DNA of 61,590 nt, counting the filler, from Actinobacteria bacterium UBA7524 (GTDB lineage: Bacteria > Actinomycetota > Coriobacteriia > Anaerosomatales > UBA912), in NCBI GenBank assembly GCA_002478275.1. It is 6 parts of 6 records of this genome, joined end to end, with 100 filler letters (N's around TTAATTAATTAA, not from the genome) between each part and the next. Parts side by side here need not be neighbours in the genome. Positions count along the whole stretch, not along the records: positions 8,163 to 12,580 come from DLMY01000058.1; positions 12,681 to 38,925 come from DLMY01000051.1; 4 more parts are not named here. One strand, written 5' to 3'. How positions within the stretch are numbered: position 1 is the first letter of the stretch; each line of letters starts with the position of its first letter. The translations under genes and the position numbers were made by a program. Below the pieces are notes generated by a model. That model was given only the letters and a program-made list of their open reading frames with translations. It searched no databases and was not told the DNA's origin. This document shows positions 8,163-20,933 of the stretch, in pieces.

Positions 8163-10474
8163 GAACCTGGAACTCGCGGGCGACACGAAGCCCGACGAAG
8201 TTGTCGAGGCTGTAGCGTTGGTACACGAACGACAACGTGCGCGACCCGGCGATCGAGCGGGCCTCCTCGAGCAGTGGCTCGTTGTAGCTGGCGAGCCACA
8301 GCTCCCCCAGGTCCCGATAGCGAGGCGACGGGCGGACCACGTGGGATTCGATGTGCTCCGACACCGTGGATATGTCGTCCGACGAAACGAACACCGGCCT
8401 CCCGCCAAAGTGCTCGAGGTTGTTCAGCACTCCGGCGATGTGACCGAGCGAGCCGCCCGAGATGATGCCGAAAGCGAAATCGGTGCGGAGGTAGAGCGGC
8501 GTGCCCTGAAGTTCAAGATGGCGCGTGGGCGGTGACCCCTCGAGCTTCCCGACCGCCCGCGTCAACCGTCGCCTCAGTGCCCCACGAGAGAGCACGTCAC
8601 GAAGGAAGGCCCACATCAACCCTGCGAGGAACCCGAGGGTCACCCGCTGCTGGAATCCCTCCTCATCCGTGATGAGACACGGACCGGCCGTGAGTACCCG
8701 CAGTGTCATGGCGGTCGGAAGCAAGCGNNNNNNNNNNNNNNNNNNNNNNNNNNNNNNNNNNNNNNNNNNNNNNNNNNNNNNNNNNNNNNNNNNNNNNNNN
8801 NNNNNNNNNNNNNNNNNNNNNNNNNNNNNNNNNNNNNNNNNNNNNNNNNNNNNNNNNNNNNNNNNNNGTCATGGCGGTCGGAAGCAAGCGGCCGAGCGTG
8901 GGGTACAGGTACGTCCGCATCTCCACGCTGCGATAACGAAACAGGCGCCGGATGATCGCACCGCTCATCGCCCAGCGCTTCAGATCGGTGAACATGATGA
9001 TATCCGTGCCAGGAGTCGGGTCAGGCGATCGTCGCGCCATGTTGAGGACGATGAGGTCGCGCGCATCGGGCTTCTTCGCACGGCCCACAGGAATGTTCCG
9101 GGTTGTAGTGCGCGGGGAATCAGCATCAGCGGGCTTGTCCCGGCGAATACCCTGACCACGCGCTGACCATCGCAGCGAATTCCAGACGCCGCGGACAGCG
9201 CGTTGGTAAAGACCGATGTCCTCCGCCTGCACTAGCAGCATACGGGAAAGCGGAATACCACTCGTCCTCGGGAACATCACGCAGTACACGGCGAGCGGGA
9301 CAGAGTAGGCGATTGATGAGGCAACTGCGGCGCCAATCGCTGCATACCTAGGGATGAGCAGCACGTAGCCTGTGACTGCCACCACCATTGTTAGGAGAGA
9401 TACCGCAGACGTCGTGCCCGGCCGTCCCAGCTGACCAGAGTAATAGGTGCTGATGGGCCTACTCACGGCTATGGCGACGGTTCCGGGCAGCAAGCAAACT
9501 AGAGCCGTCGCTGCCCCACCGAATTCGGGGCCGTACAAGAGCGGGATGAGGAATGGCGCCAACACGCCGACGGCCATCGAGATGCTGCCGCTCACAAGTA
9601 GTAGATTGCGCGCAGTGCGGGCGGCGAGCGCTCCGGCTCTGTCCAGGTCATCGGCGATTACGGAAGGAGTGACCGCCTGTCCGACCGAGGTGTCGAGAAG
9701 CCACAATCGTTCAGCGAAAGACGTCGCCACACTGTACTGCCCGACTGGCGCAGGACCGGCAATCCAATTGAGGATCAAGGCGTCTGCGCGCAGCCAGACT
9801 TGATTCGAGACAGAACCCAGGTACGCCTTCAAACCGTAAGTGATGGACTCACGGAACGCTGCACAGAATCCCTGCGCTCTGAATCCATAGGAACGTCCCG
9901 CAAGGAGCAGATACGCAACCGCCATCGCTGCATTGAAGACCAGGGCCATGACAATCAAGCCGTCGAGCACATGTTCTGCCGTGACCACAACGAGGACGGT
10001 AAGCGCAGACATGCAGATTCCACTCAGTGCTTGTAGCTTCGCGATGAGCTCCACATCGCCGGCACCCAGGAAGACGTTGCTGAGGAAGAAGCTCGCGAAC
10101 GCGAAGGGGATCACCGCTGCGCTTGTCCACACTTGCCATGTGTTGAGCCCCTGTAGCCACGTGTCGATGAGTGATGACCCGAACACACCGACCACCACTG
10201 CGAGTGGGACGCCGATGGTCATGGCCGATAGCGCAGCAGCGGCCACCCATACATCTCGGTCGCCGGGCCTCTTACCGGAGAAGAAGGCGTATGCCGTTGG
10301 AAGACCGAAGGTCGCCAACGCGAGCGCCATCTGGGCGACCAGTCCCGAGATGGCAAGCGCGCCTCGACCCGTTGCACCGAGTGCGCGCGCTACGATGACG
10401 GACGTCACGAAACCCATGGCTAGTACAGTGACTTGAGCGCCAAAGGAGTAGGTGGATTTCCGCAGAATGCTCAC
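8163..10474 (-). CDS. Wzx-like polysaccharide flippase probably fused to a GT4 glycosyltransferase; 3' end truncated at contig edge
   Basis: First ~430 aa form a multi-TM flippase (IVARALGATGRG, WLRADALIL, VGQYSVA, LLIPRYAAIGAAVASSIAY). The frame continues without a stop to LLPTAM, which repeats after the gap, then into GGSLGHIAGVLNNL...FVYQRYSL (GT4 N-terminal domain). Confidence 0.75.
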
Positions 10475-11556
10475 GCAGCCACCCCGCGGTACGCGAGCAG
10501 GACGGCCTCCAGGTTGTCGGACGCCTCTCGCTCATAGTGCGCACGCACTCCTGAGGCCTCTATGGACCCGCGTTCGAGAGCACGCTTCAGGGCATCGAGG
10601 AGCGACTCTTCGTCACCGAAGTCGTACGGTATGGTTCCCATCGTTTGCCCGGCTTGAGTCGCAACCACCGCGACGCCTTCCATGATGGCCTCCACCTTGG
10701 CCATGCCATAGGACTCTACTCGGGTTCCGCGAACCAACACGTCTACATATGGTAGTGACGCCAGAAACTCGCCGTGCGTTCTGTCCCTCATGAACACCAC
10801 ACGATCGGTTACGGGTCTAACCGCTTCTTCTACCAGGCTGCGGTATGTGGGATCTTCCGAGAAGCCGGTCTCAAACACTGCCAGAGCAACACCGGGGTCT
10901 CTTGCTGCAAGTCGAGCGAACGCACGTGCGCCGGTAAGGAAGTCGTATTCGCTCCTGATGGGTCCAGACAGAGCAATCAATCGGGAGGACCCCTCGGCCA
11001 AAGAAGCCAGTTCGCGGGGAGCGGCGGTCTTCATTTCGTCCAGCAGGGGAAGGATTGGCGAACGGACGTCTATTCGCTCTCGCGGCACGCCGCAATAGGA
11101 CAAGAAGTCGGCCAGAGGTTCGCTCATTGCGAAGATGACTCTGGCCTTGGCCCATACGCGACGCGCCAACACACTGTCTTCGCGGCTGAAGAGCTCGTAG
11201 CGCTCAGGCAGCGTCCCGTCGTGCAGCGTCATGACGAAGTTGTCTGCCCACTTCTCTAGGAACTCAACGTAGGCGGCAAGGGTAGGCGTGTGAGGATAGG
11301 TGGATATGCCCGAGTGATCGTGCAGCACGTTCTGTCCCCGACCAGCACGCAGCAAGCGCAGGCGCCTGCTCAGTCGTGGATCGACGGTCACGGCTTGGAT
11401 GCGACGCCCAGGACGGAAGTCCCCGTAGCCTAGGACTCTCACGCTGACTCCTGCATGCAGGAGGTTGCTGCGCAGAAGCTGCAGGTGTACCGCGACACCA
11501 CCGTACGGCGGGGGCCAGGGCCCAAGCAGCGTGACACCTGTTCGTGTTGTCATCAT
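10471..11556 (-). CDS. Glycosyltransferase family 4
   Basis: LGPWPPPYGGVAVH at the N-terminus and ESYGMAKVEAIMEG (Ex7E). ATG at 11556 overlaps the methyltransferase stop. Confidence 0.85.
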   Translation of the reverse strand: MMTTRTGVTLLGPWPPPYGGVAVHLQLLRSNLLHAGVSVRVLGYGDFRPGRRIQAVTVDPRLSRRLRLLRAGRGQNVLHDHSGISTYPHTPTLAAYVEFLEKWADNFVMTLHDGTLPERYELFSREDSVLARRVWAKARVIFAMSEPLADFLSYCGVPRERIDVRSPILPLLDEMKTAAPRELASLAEGSSRLIALSGPIRSEYDFLTGARAFARLAARDPGVALAVFETGFSEDPTYRSLVEEAVRPVTDRVVFMRDRTHGEFLASLPYVDVLVRGTRVESYGMAKVEAIMEGVAVVATQAGQTMGTIPYDFGDEESLLDALKRALERGSIEASGVRAHYEREASDNLEAVLLAYRGVAA

Positions 11557-12549
11557 GTGGAGGGATGTCCGATCACCAGCATGTTGGGCGACAACCAAGA
11601 GAGCAGCGGATTGTGTGAGCGCGAGTCGTACAGAACTCGGGACCTGAAGCCCGCCGCTGAAAGCATCGCCGACAGCTCCCGGTAGCTCTTGATGTTGATG
11701 TGCACCTGATCGTAGTAGATTTGCTCCGCGGTTCGCTCGAAGCCCCTCCACCCATGACGCCATCTAAGGTAAGCCACGTACGCACGGGATAGAACCGTAC
11801 TGTCGGTCCCATTGCATAGAGCGAGCCCGTTGGGCGTGTGGATGACGACCTCACCTCCACGTCGAAGAATGGCGCGAATCGATAGGAGCAGTGGGCGCAG
11901 TTCTCTATCCGAGAGGTGTTCGGTCACGTCGTTCATGACCACGAAGTCGAACTCCCCGAGAGTAGTCAGGTCGTCGGGAACAAGTTCAAAAGACACGTCC
12001 AAGCCGTTTCTGACTCGAGATTGGGCTTTACTGAGCGGCGCCTTAGCCGCATCCACACCGACAACACAGATGTCTGCGGAGGCCCCAAGGGCTAGCGCGA
12101 AGTCACCATTGCCGCAACCAAAGTCCAGTACACGGAGGTCGGGCCGCAGGCGGGGTGACAGGTAGTCGAGAGCGAACCGGGTGTACTCGTTCACCACGTA
12201 CTCGCCGGCGATAACCTGCTCCGCAGCGTGTGAGCTGACTCGGCGAAAGTACTCGTCATCGTAGAGCGCCGAGACATCNNNNNNNNNNNNNNNNNNNNNN
12301 NNNNNNNNNNNNNNNNNNNNNNNNNNNNNNNNNNNNNNNNNNNNNNNNNNNNNNNNNNNNNNNNNNNNNNNNNNNNNNNNNNNNNNNNNNNNNNNNNNNN
12401 NNNNNNNNNNNNNNNNAGAGCGCCGAGACATCTCTCGAGTCCAGATGTTGTCGATACCCGTTGAAGAACGAGTTCAAGAAGACCGAACCCTGGGGCTGCC
12501 CCAGGCGCTCTAGCATCTCCCGGATCTGATCACGGCTCAGATACAGCAT
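11553..12549 (-). CDS. Class I SAM-dependent methyltransferase (spans an overlap gap)
   Basis: VLDFGCGNG motif I, FDFVVMNDVTEHL, LRRGG...TPN. The N-terminal part joins through DVSAL, duplicated on both sides of the gap. ATG at 12549 with GGAGGGG RBS. Confidence 0.85.
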
Positions 12550-12680
12550 CAGGCCCCTCCGCACGGACGAACCGCTTCCANNNNNNNNNNNNNNNNNNNN
12601 NNNNNNNNNNNNNNNNNNNNNNNNTTAATTAATTAANNNNNNNNNNNNNNNNNNNNNNNNNNNNNNNNNNNNNNNNNNNN

Positions 12681-14165
12681 CCGACGTCTTCATCTCGATC
12701 CACTGCGACTCGTTCACCAACTCCGCGGCTCGCGGAACCGCCACCTACTGGTACCCCTACAGCGAGACCGACCGCATCCTGTCCAAACAGCTCGCGGATC
12801 ACGTACAGGGCGGGATGATCTCCTCTCTCTCACCGCACTACGCGATCGAGAACGACGGGGTCAAGCAACTGTCCCTTTACGTCGTCCACTGGTCGAACAT
12901 GCCCTCTATCCTGGTAGAGAGCGCGTTTCTGTCCAACACCTACGAGCGCGGCCTACTCAGCGACCCGGCGTTTCGGCGCAGGCTCGCCGCCGGTGTCGCC
13001 GAGGGCATCGACTCGTTCCTTGCCACCGACCCGTTCTACCGCGTCTGGCCACGCGTCGACGGCTCCGATCGCTACGACACAGCCGCCCGCCTGGCTCTGG
13101 GAGCGAAGCCGTCAGGCGCCCAGACGGTACTCCTGGCGTCCGGCGCCGCCTGGCCCGACGCTCTCGCGGCCACGCCGCTCGCCACCAAGCTCGACGCCCC
13201 CCTGCTTCTGACCTCCCCCGGCCGGCTCCCTGCCGCCACGCGCGACGCGCTCGCCGCGCTCTCGCCGACCGAGATCGTCGTACTCGGCGGACCCAGCGCG
13301 ATCAGCGAGACCGCCACAGCGGAAGCGGCCACGGCGGCAGGCATCGCCCCCGGCTCGGTACGCCGCATCGCGGGGGCCGACCGCTACGAGACCGCCGCCG
13401 CTATCGCCGAGGAAGTCGGGACGGACTCCGGTACCGTTGCGGTCGTCTCCGGAGCGGCCTATCCCGACGCCGTCTCCGCATCTGCGTGGGCCGGCCGCAT
13501 CAAGGCGCCGATACTTCTCACCCGGCAATCGACCCTCCCCGCCCCCATCGATGCGTTCCTAGCTCTNNNNNNNNNNNNNNNNNNNNNNNNNNNNNNNNNN
13601 NNNNNNNNNNNNNNNNNNNNNNNNNNNNNNNNNNNNNNNNNNNNNNNNNNNNNNNNNNNNNNNNNNNNNNNNNNNNNNNNNNNNNNNNNNNNNNNNNNNN
13701 NNNNNNNNNNNNNNNNNNNNNNNNNNNNNNNNNNNNNNNNNNNNNNNNNNNNNNNNNNNNNNNNNNNNNNNNNNNNGGATCTCCTCGGCGGTCATCGTAG
13801 GAGGAACGGCGGTGGTAGGCGCCGAAGTGGCCGCAGAGCTTTCGACCTACGCCTCGACGGCGCGCGTCGCGGGACCCGACCGGTACCAGACGAACATGGC
13901 GCTCGTGCAGCGGTACTGGCCCAGCGGCAAGATGGGGATGCTCGTCGCGACAGCACTCGACTACCCAGACGCGCTGTGCGCGGGCGCGGCGGCCGCTCGC
14001 TCCGGCCAGGCGGTCGTGCTGATGGGCGGGCGCTACCTGCACCCCAAGACCCGGGAGTTCCTCGAGAACAACGAGTCGCGGTTCACGACGATCACCATGA
14101 TCGGCGGCGACAACGCGCTGCCACCGGTCACAGACTGGATGATCCGCAAGTCGCTGGCACGCTAG
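12681..14165 (+). CDS. N-acetylmuramoyl-L-alanine amidase (Amidase_3) with cell-wall-binding repeat 2 domains; 5' truncated
   Basis: DVFISIHCD...PSILVESAFLSN amidase motifs. Three CWB2 modules (GSDRYDTA...WPDALAA...PLLLT; GADRYETA...YPDAVSA...PILLT; GPDRYQTN...YPDAL). Confidence 0.9.
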
Positions 14166-14204
14166 CTTGTGGCGCGAAGACCCCGCACTCGCCGCTGAGG
14201 TGCG

Positions 14205-14738
14205 TCACTTGAGCGTCTCGAGATCGGGAGGCGGAATCTCTCCCGAGGCGATAGCGGTCAAGACGTCGGGAGTGATACCTTCGGCCTTGTCCGCGATGAA
14301 CAGGTCGAAATCCACGCCCGGTCGAGGAGCTCTACCCTCATAGATGGAAAGCTGACCCTCTGCCGTGAGTTCGAACCTGAGCATGCGTCGCGTACCATCT
14401 TCGAGATACATATCGATCTCGACGCTAACAGTCTCTACCGCATTCGTTCGATGCATAGCTGCCAGAATCCGAAAAGGGTCGGCTGCGTCGAATTCCTCAC
14501 CCTCGGAAAGAGTCGCCCTGGCGCAAGTGGGCATGTACTCATCGGCAAGGTCGACTCGTGTGACCTGCAGACCTGGGGTCACAAGAGAGTCACCCAGCTC
14601 GCGTATGAGGGCCCCCTCATAAGAGGCCTCGTCGCTGATGACGTCACAGCCGACTGCCCCCGACATCACTGACGACGACAGTATGACAAGCAGTAGAACC
14701 GTTGTTACCCGTCGCCGCCCCACGTAGAAGCCCCCCAA
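14205..14738 (-). CDS. Hypothetical lipoprotein
   Basis: RRR plus hydrophobic stretch plus AVGC lipobox-like motif; exact start uncertain. Confidence 0.55.
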   Translation of the reverse strand: MGGFYVGRRRVTTVLLLVILSSSVMSGAVGCDVISDEASYEGALIRELGDSLVTPGLQVTRVDLADEYMPTCARATLSEGEEFDAADPFRILAAMHRTNAVETVSVEIDMYLEDGTRRMLRFELTAEGQLSIYEGRAPRPGVDFDLFIADKAEGITPDVLTAIASGEIPPPDLETLK

Positions 14739-15511
14739 ACCAATAGACGACCTGAATGGGCGTCCACGAATCCCTGCGTCATGCTGCCGAAGGCATCATC
14801 GCCTGTGATGAGTTCGACTTCCCAGCAAAGGTGCTGCTCACCCGAGGGGTCGCGCTCAACCACCAACTGCACGTCCTCGTCAGCCCACCGCTGCAGTCCG
14901 GACTCTCGGGCCAGTGTTTCGATGGCCTGACTCTCAGAGATACTCGGATGCATTGAGACATCGACGTCCTCGTCCTGGACGATCAGCCGCCAAAGCGTGC
15001 CATCTGGCAAGAACTCCATGTCCAAAGTATTGAACGTCGGAATTCCATCCAGGTGCTCTCGATACACGATCGCGTAGTGATTACCGGACTCGCCCCGGTC
15101 CACGCGCTCAACCGTCTCGACCATTGACGCCCGGCGCTTAGAATCGACGGCACGCCGAAAGTAGCGCCTTGCCTGCCCAAGCACTCTCGCTTCACCCACG
15201 TCGACGCGACCGTCCAAGTCCGTGGCGGCGTCGTTCCTATAGCGCCATATCTGACCGGATCTTCTCTCGATCCAATACTCATCGCCACTGCTCTCGTCCA
15301 CGGCCTCGATCATCGGCTCGAAGAACTGAAGTAAACCAGCGTCAGAAACAATCAGGTTCACCGAACTCCTGCCCGAGAGCTGTGCCGCCCTGACCCTGGC
15401 CGCATCAGCAAGACGCTGGGTCTCCCTGACGTGCGCTCCGGTCGCGTACGTCACAGAGCCAGCCAGTAGTATCAGTATGGCAACAAGTGATATGGCTAAC
15501 GACTTCTTCAT
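14705..15511 (-). CDS. Secreted protein with FTP/PepSY-like propeptide domains
   Basis: Signal peptide MKKSLAISLVAILILLAG. YREHLDGIPTF (FTP-like), then PSISESQAI...LCWEVEL...FVDAHSGRLL (PepSY-like). Confidence 0.65.
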   Translation of the reverse strand: MKKSLAISLVAILILLAGSVTYATGAHVRETQRLADAARVRAAQLSGRSSVNLIVSDAGLLQFFEPMIEAVDESSGDEYWIERRSGQIWRYRNDAATDLDGRVDVGEARVLGQARRYFRRAVDSKRRASMVETVERVDRGESGNHYAIVYREHLDGIPTFNTLDMEFLPDGTLWRLIVQDEDVDVSMHPSISESQAIETLARESGLQRWADEDVQLVVERDPSGEQHLCWEVELITGDDAFGSMTQGFVDAHSGRLLVWGASTWGGDG

Positions 15512-15520
15512 GGCAGCCCC

Positions 15521-16165
15521 CTAGATGCAGCCGTTTACTCCATAACGCTTGAACTTGTCGTATCCCAGATACTTGAAGTGATACCACTCCACCTGATCGC
15601 GACCATCCAGGAGCGCATTCGCCTGCGGTTTCCCCTCATCCAGCGACTTCCAGTATTTCGCCGAGAAGTTGTACGCCGGCGTCCTGAAATTCCAGCCCAT
15701 GCCCACAGCCGTTATCTTCCCGTCAAAACCTGAAGTCGTTCGCACGCCACGAAGATTCGCCTGACGAGCCGTCTCTGCGGTATTGCATCCCTGCACGTGA
15801 AACCAAAGACACGTCGGCACGTTGCTCAAGCTCCGAAGCCTGCTCTGTTGCACACACTTGAACGTCTGGTCCCCGATATTGTGATTGTGATTCGCGTCTT
15901 GAGAGTCCGAGTTGTAGAGACAGCTTGCCGACCCTTCTCCGTCCTTCGGGCGCAAAACAACACGCTCAGAGTTGCCGTGTGAGTAGACGCTTACGATTCT
16001 GTACCGATAACCAGTGGGGTCTGTGTCTGCAAGCTTTTCGTAGATGTTACGGCCAAGCGCACGAGATCTGTTCATCGCAGTGTACCCCGCCAAGCCCTGG
16101 TAGTAGCCCGCACGTTCCGCAGCATCGAGGCGGCTGATATCCCCCGAGACATTCGTCCAGTCCAT
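15521..16165 (-). CDS. Hypothetical protein with caspase/CHAT-like His-Cys dyad; putative clan CD cysteine peptidase
   Basis: IVSVYSHG ... [10 protein letters not shown] ... GFDGKI ... [19 protein letters not shown] follows the caspase-fold motif order. N-terminus may be incomplete. Confidence 0.5.
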   Translation of the reverse strand: MDWTNVSGDISRLDAAERAGYYQGLAGYTAMNRSRALGRNIYEKLADTDPTGYRYRIVSVYSHGNSERVVLRPKDGEGSASCLYNSDSQDANHNHNIGDQTFKCVQQSRLRSLSNVPTCLWFHVQGCNTAETARQANLRGVRTTSGFDGKITAVGMGWNFRTPAYNFSAKYWKSLDEGKPQANALLDGRDQVEWYHFKYLGYDKFKRYGVNGCI

Positions 16166-16185
16166 GCCGTAGTTAGCGGCCGCGA

Positions 16186-16215
16186 ATACTGCCCCCCCCC
16201 CCCAGGACTTGTCAA
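16186..16215 (-). promoter_or_regulatory. Putative promoter TTGACA-N18-CAGTAT with a G12 homopolymer in the spacer
   Basis: Consensus -35 at 16215-16210, C12 run on + strand at 16192-16203, weak -10 at 16191-16186, just downstream of ychF. Confidence 0.5.
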
Positions 16216-16246
16216 TTCAGTCTTACCTGGCAGCGATGTGCCAGCC

Positions 16247-17430
16247 TCACACGTTGAAGCGGAAGTGCACCACGTCCCCGTCGGCGATGACGTACTCCTT
16301 GCCCTCGATGCGCAGCTTGCCCGCCTCGCGGGCCGCCTTCTCGCCGCCAAGGCGGTCGTAGTCCTCGTACGAGACGACCTCGGCCTTGATGAAGCCGCGT
16401 TNNNNNNNNNNNNNNNNNNNNNNNNNNNNNNNNNNNNNNNNNNNNNNNNNNNNNNNNNNNNNNNNNNNNNNNNNNNNNNNNNNNNNNNNNNNNNNNNCTC
16501 GGCCTTGATGAAGCCGCGTTCGAAGTCCGTGTGGATCACGCCTGCCGCCTGCGGTGCGCGCGCGCCGATCGGCACCGTCCAGGCCCGCACCTCCTTCTCG
16601 CCCGCAGTGAAGTAGCTCTGCAGCCCGAGGAGCCGGTACGCCTCACGCACGAGCGCGTCGAGCCCAGGCTCGGTCAACCCCACCGCCTCGAGGTACTCGG
16701 CCGCCTCGGCCGGGTCCAACTCGGCCAGCTCCGCCTCGACCTTCGCGCAGATCGCGATAGGCTCCACCCCGTCGATCGGCTCGAGGTCCGCGCCGAGCGC
16801 GTCCTCGTCGACGTTGGCCACGTACAGCATCGGCTTCATCGTGAGCAGATGAAGATCGGCTAGCGCCGCTCTCTCCTCGGCAGTCATCTCCATGCGCCCG
16901 GCGCGGTGCCCGCGCTCCATCCAATCCTGCACTCGCTTGACCGTCTCTATCTTGCCGAGGAGCCCCTTGTCCCGCTTCAACTCCTTCTCGAGCCGCACTA
17001 GCGCCCGCTCGACGGTGTCCAGGTCGGCCAGCACCAGCTCGGTCCGGATCGTCTCGACATCGTCGGCCGGGTCGACCCTGCCGGTCACGTGCACCACGTC
17101 AGGGTCCGAGAAGTAGCGGACGACCTCACAGATCGCGTCGGTCTCGCGGATGTTGGCGAGGAACTTGTTGCCGAGCCCCTCACCCTTGCTCGCGCCCTCG
17201 ACCAATCCCGCGATGTCGAGGAACTCGACTGTGGCGGGAACGACTTTGGCAGGCTCGACGATCTCGGCAAGCCGGTCGAGTCGCGCGTCCGGCACCGGGA
17301 CGATACCGACGTTCGGATCGATCGTCGCGAAGGGGTAATTGGCCACCACCCCGGTCTTGCGGGTGAGCGCGGTGAACAGGGTCGACTTGCCCACGTTGGG
17401 TAGGCCGACGATACCTATCGATAGAGACAC
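16247..17430 (-). CDS. ychF: Redox-regulated ATPase YchF
   Basis: [57 protein letters not shown]-terminal HFRFNV. Internal gap has duplicated flanks. Confidence 0.96.
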
Positions 17431-17550
17431 GGTATGCACTCCCGGGTATAGATAGCAGGACGGTAACGAACGCTTCTGGCGGCGTATTCCGCTCTGGTAC
17501 TGTACTCGATGGTTCGACCGCCCGCCAGCAGAGACAAGGGACGACCGCTG

Positions 17551-18699
17551 ATGCGAATCGGCATGTTCACGGACATGTACAAGCCCCACATAAGCGGAGT
17601 GACGAACTCGATCGCGCTCACCAAGCGCCAACTCGAGCGGCTCGGGCATGAGGTGTTCGTCTTCACATTCGGCAACGAGTCGTACCGCGACGATGAGCCC
17701 AACGTCTTCCGCTCGCCCGCGATCCCCTGGGGCAAGACCGGCTGGCAGGCCGGTGTCAGCCTGTCCAAAGAGGCGAGACACCTCGCGCGCACGCTCGACA
17801 TCGCCCACACCCACCACCCCTTCGCGTCCGCCCGTATCGCGATCCACGAGTGCGTTTCCCGCGGCATCCCCGTAGTGTTCACGAACCATACGCGTTACGA
17901 CATCTACTCGGATGCATACGCGAGGTTCGCTCCCCGGCGCATGCGGATGGCTTTCCTCAAAAACTACCTCAACGACCTTGCCGAGGACGTCTCCATGGTC
18001 ATCGCCCCATCCCCGGGCATCGTCGATTGGCTGCGTGATTTCGGGGTTACCGATCGCGCGGTCCTCATCCCCAACGGTATCGACACCGAACCCTTCGCGC
18101 ACCCGGCGCGCCCGCATGCGCGCACTGAATTCGGCTGGACCCCCGAGAACGTCATCTTCTGCTACCTTGGTCGCCTGGGGCCGGAGAAGAACCTCGGGAC
18201 TCTCATCGACGCGTTCGTCACACTTGCGGCGCACGACCCGCGGCCGGTCCTGCTCCTGCTCGGCGAAGGCCCCGCCAGAGGCCTCGCACAGGAGAAGCTG
18301 TGGGCCCACGGACTTTCCGATCGGGTCCACTTCGCGGGGCAGACGCCGTACGAGGCGGTGCCCGATCTCCTCGGCGCCGCCGATGTGTTCGTGACCGCCT
18401 CAGTCTCCGAGGTGCACCCCCTCGTGCTCATCGAGGCGATGGCTGCAGGACTGCCCCCAGTCGGTATCCGCTCGCCCGGCATCGCAGACATGATCGACGA
18501 CGGCATCACAGGCTTGCTCGCCGAGGAATCCGCCGACGATCTCGCGGCCCACATGGCGCTCATCGCCGGCGACCGATCGTTGCGGACGACGATGAGTGCG
18601 GCGGCTTCAGTCAAAGCGAAGGAGTACGACATCCGGCGAACGGTTGACGTGCTGCTCAGCCACTACCACGGGTTGCTGGAGACTCGAGTCGCGGTCTGA
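17551..18699 (+). CDS. GT4 glycosyltransferase, monoglucosyldiacylglycerol-synthase-like
   Basis: MRIGMFTDMYKPHISGV, HTHHPF, NHTRY, GRLGPEKN, SEVHPLVLIEAMAAGLP. Confidence 0.88.
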   Translation: MRIGMFTDMYKPHISGVTNSIALTKRQLERLGHEVFVFTFGNESYRDDEPNVFRSPAIPWGKTGWQAGVSLSKEARHLARTLDIAHTHHPFASARIAIHECVSRGIPVVFTNHTRYDIYSDAYARFAPRRMRMAFLKNYLNDLAEDVSMVIAPSPGIVDWLRDFGVTDRAVLIPNGIDTEPFAHPARPHARTEFGWTPENVIFCYLGRLGPEKNLGTLIDAFVTLAAHDPRPVLLLLGEGPARGLAQEKLWAHGLSDRVHFAGQTPYEAVPDLLGAADVFVTASVSEVHPLVLIEAMAAGLPPVGIRSPGIADMIDDGITGLLAEESADDLAAHMALIAGDRSLRTTMSAAASVKAKEYDIRRTVDVLLSHYHGLLETRVAV

Positions 18700-18724
18700 C
18701 CTTCGCCAGCCGGCTCGACCGACC

Positions 18725-19066
18725 CTATATACCGTCGATCAGAGGATCGAACGCCTCGACGTTCGGATCGATCCCGAGCTCTGCCAGACGAGCGAAGTAC
18801 CCCTCTTTGGTGTACTCGTGGTTGAGTATGTGATACTGCGCGCCGTTGAGCCCCACGCAATACGAACAGTCCCGGCAGTCCACACACTGGACGCACTCGA
18901 TGACGCTGTCGCAGTTGTGACAGCTGATGCAGCCCCGGGCGTTGTAGACGTAGTTGCAGTTCCTGCAGGCCTCTACGTTGAAGCAACCATAGTTGTTGGC
19001 GACGTCTCTGTCGTGCGTGTGCTCCGCCCGCAGATTCGTCCACTCCCGCATGAATTCCTGGTCCAC
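18725..19066 (-). CDS. Small cysteine-rich repeat protein (CxxCxxC)
   Basis: GTG at 19066 with GGAGGGG RBS. CRNCNY...CISCHNCDS...CVQCVDCRDCSYCVGL...ILNHEYTKEGY. Confidence 0.75.
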   Translation of the reverse strand: MDQEFMREWTNLRAEHTHDRDVANNYGCFNVEACRNCNYVYNARGCISCHNCDSVIECVQCVDCRDCSYCVGLNGAQYHILNHEYTKEGYFARLAELGIDPNVEAFDPLIDGI

Positions 19067-19171
19067 AGCGCCCCTCCAGCTGTCCGTCACAAATCGAAAC
19101 CATCGGCCCCGCGCACCAAGCAGTCTACTACACAGAGGACCGCCTCGCGCCAACGTAGGTGAAAGATAGCC

Positions 19172-19200
19172 GAGGACCCCGACCTACGGCCGGGGTCCTC
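19172..19200 (-). terminator. GC-rich hairpin downstream of groEL
   Basis: GAGGACCCCG...CGGGGTCCTC 10-bp stem. Confidence 0.7.
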
Positions 19201-19259
19201 ATGGGAAGAGGTATGACACACGAATCTGCGGTAGACCCGCCGAATCGCACTCAGAAGGA

Positions 19260-20891
<1,632 letters not shown>

Positions 20892-20933
20892 CTAAGGTAT
20901 CTCCTCCTTCTGGGATAGTCGGGGTTCGGACTC

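Noticed and set aside
11557..11763. N-terminal extension of the GT4 ORF
   Set aside because: It overlaps the methyltransferase; the GT4 motif starts right after ATG 11556.
16072..18330. 752-aa ORF as an extended YchF fusion
   Set aside because: The N-terminal part is the antisense shadow of the GT4 gene and the C-terminal part is out of frame after a gap. Real YchF is 16247-17430.
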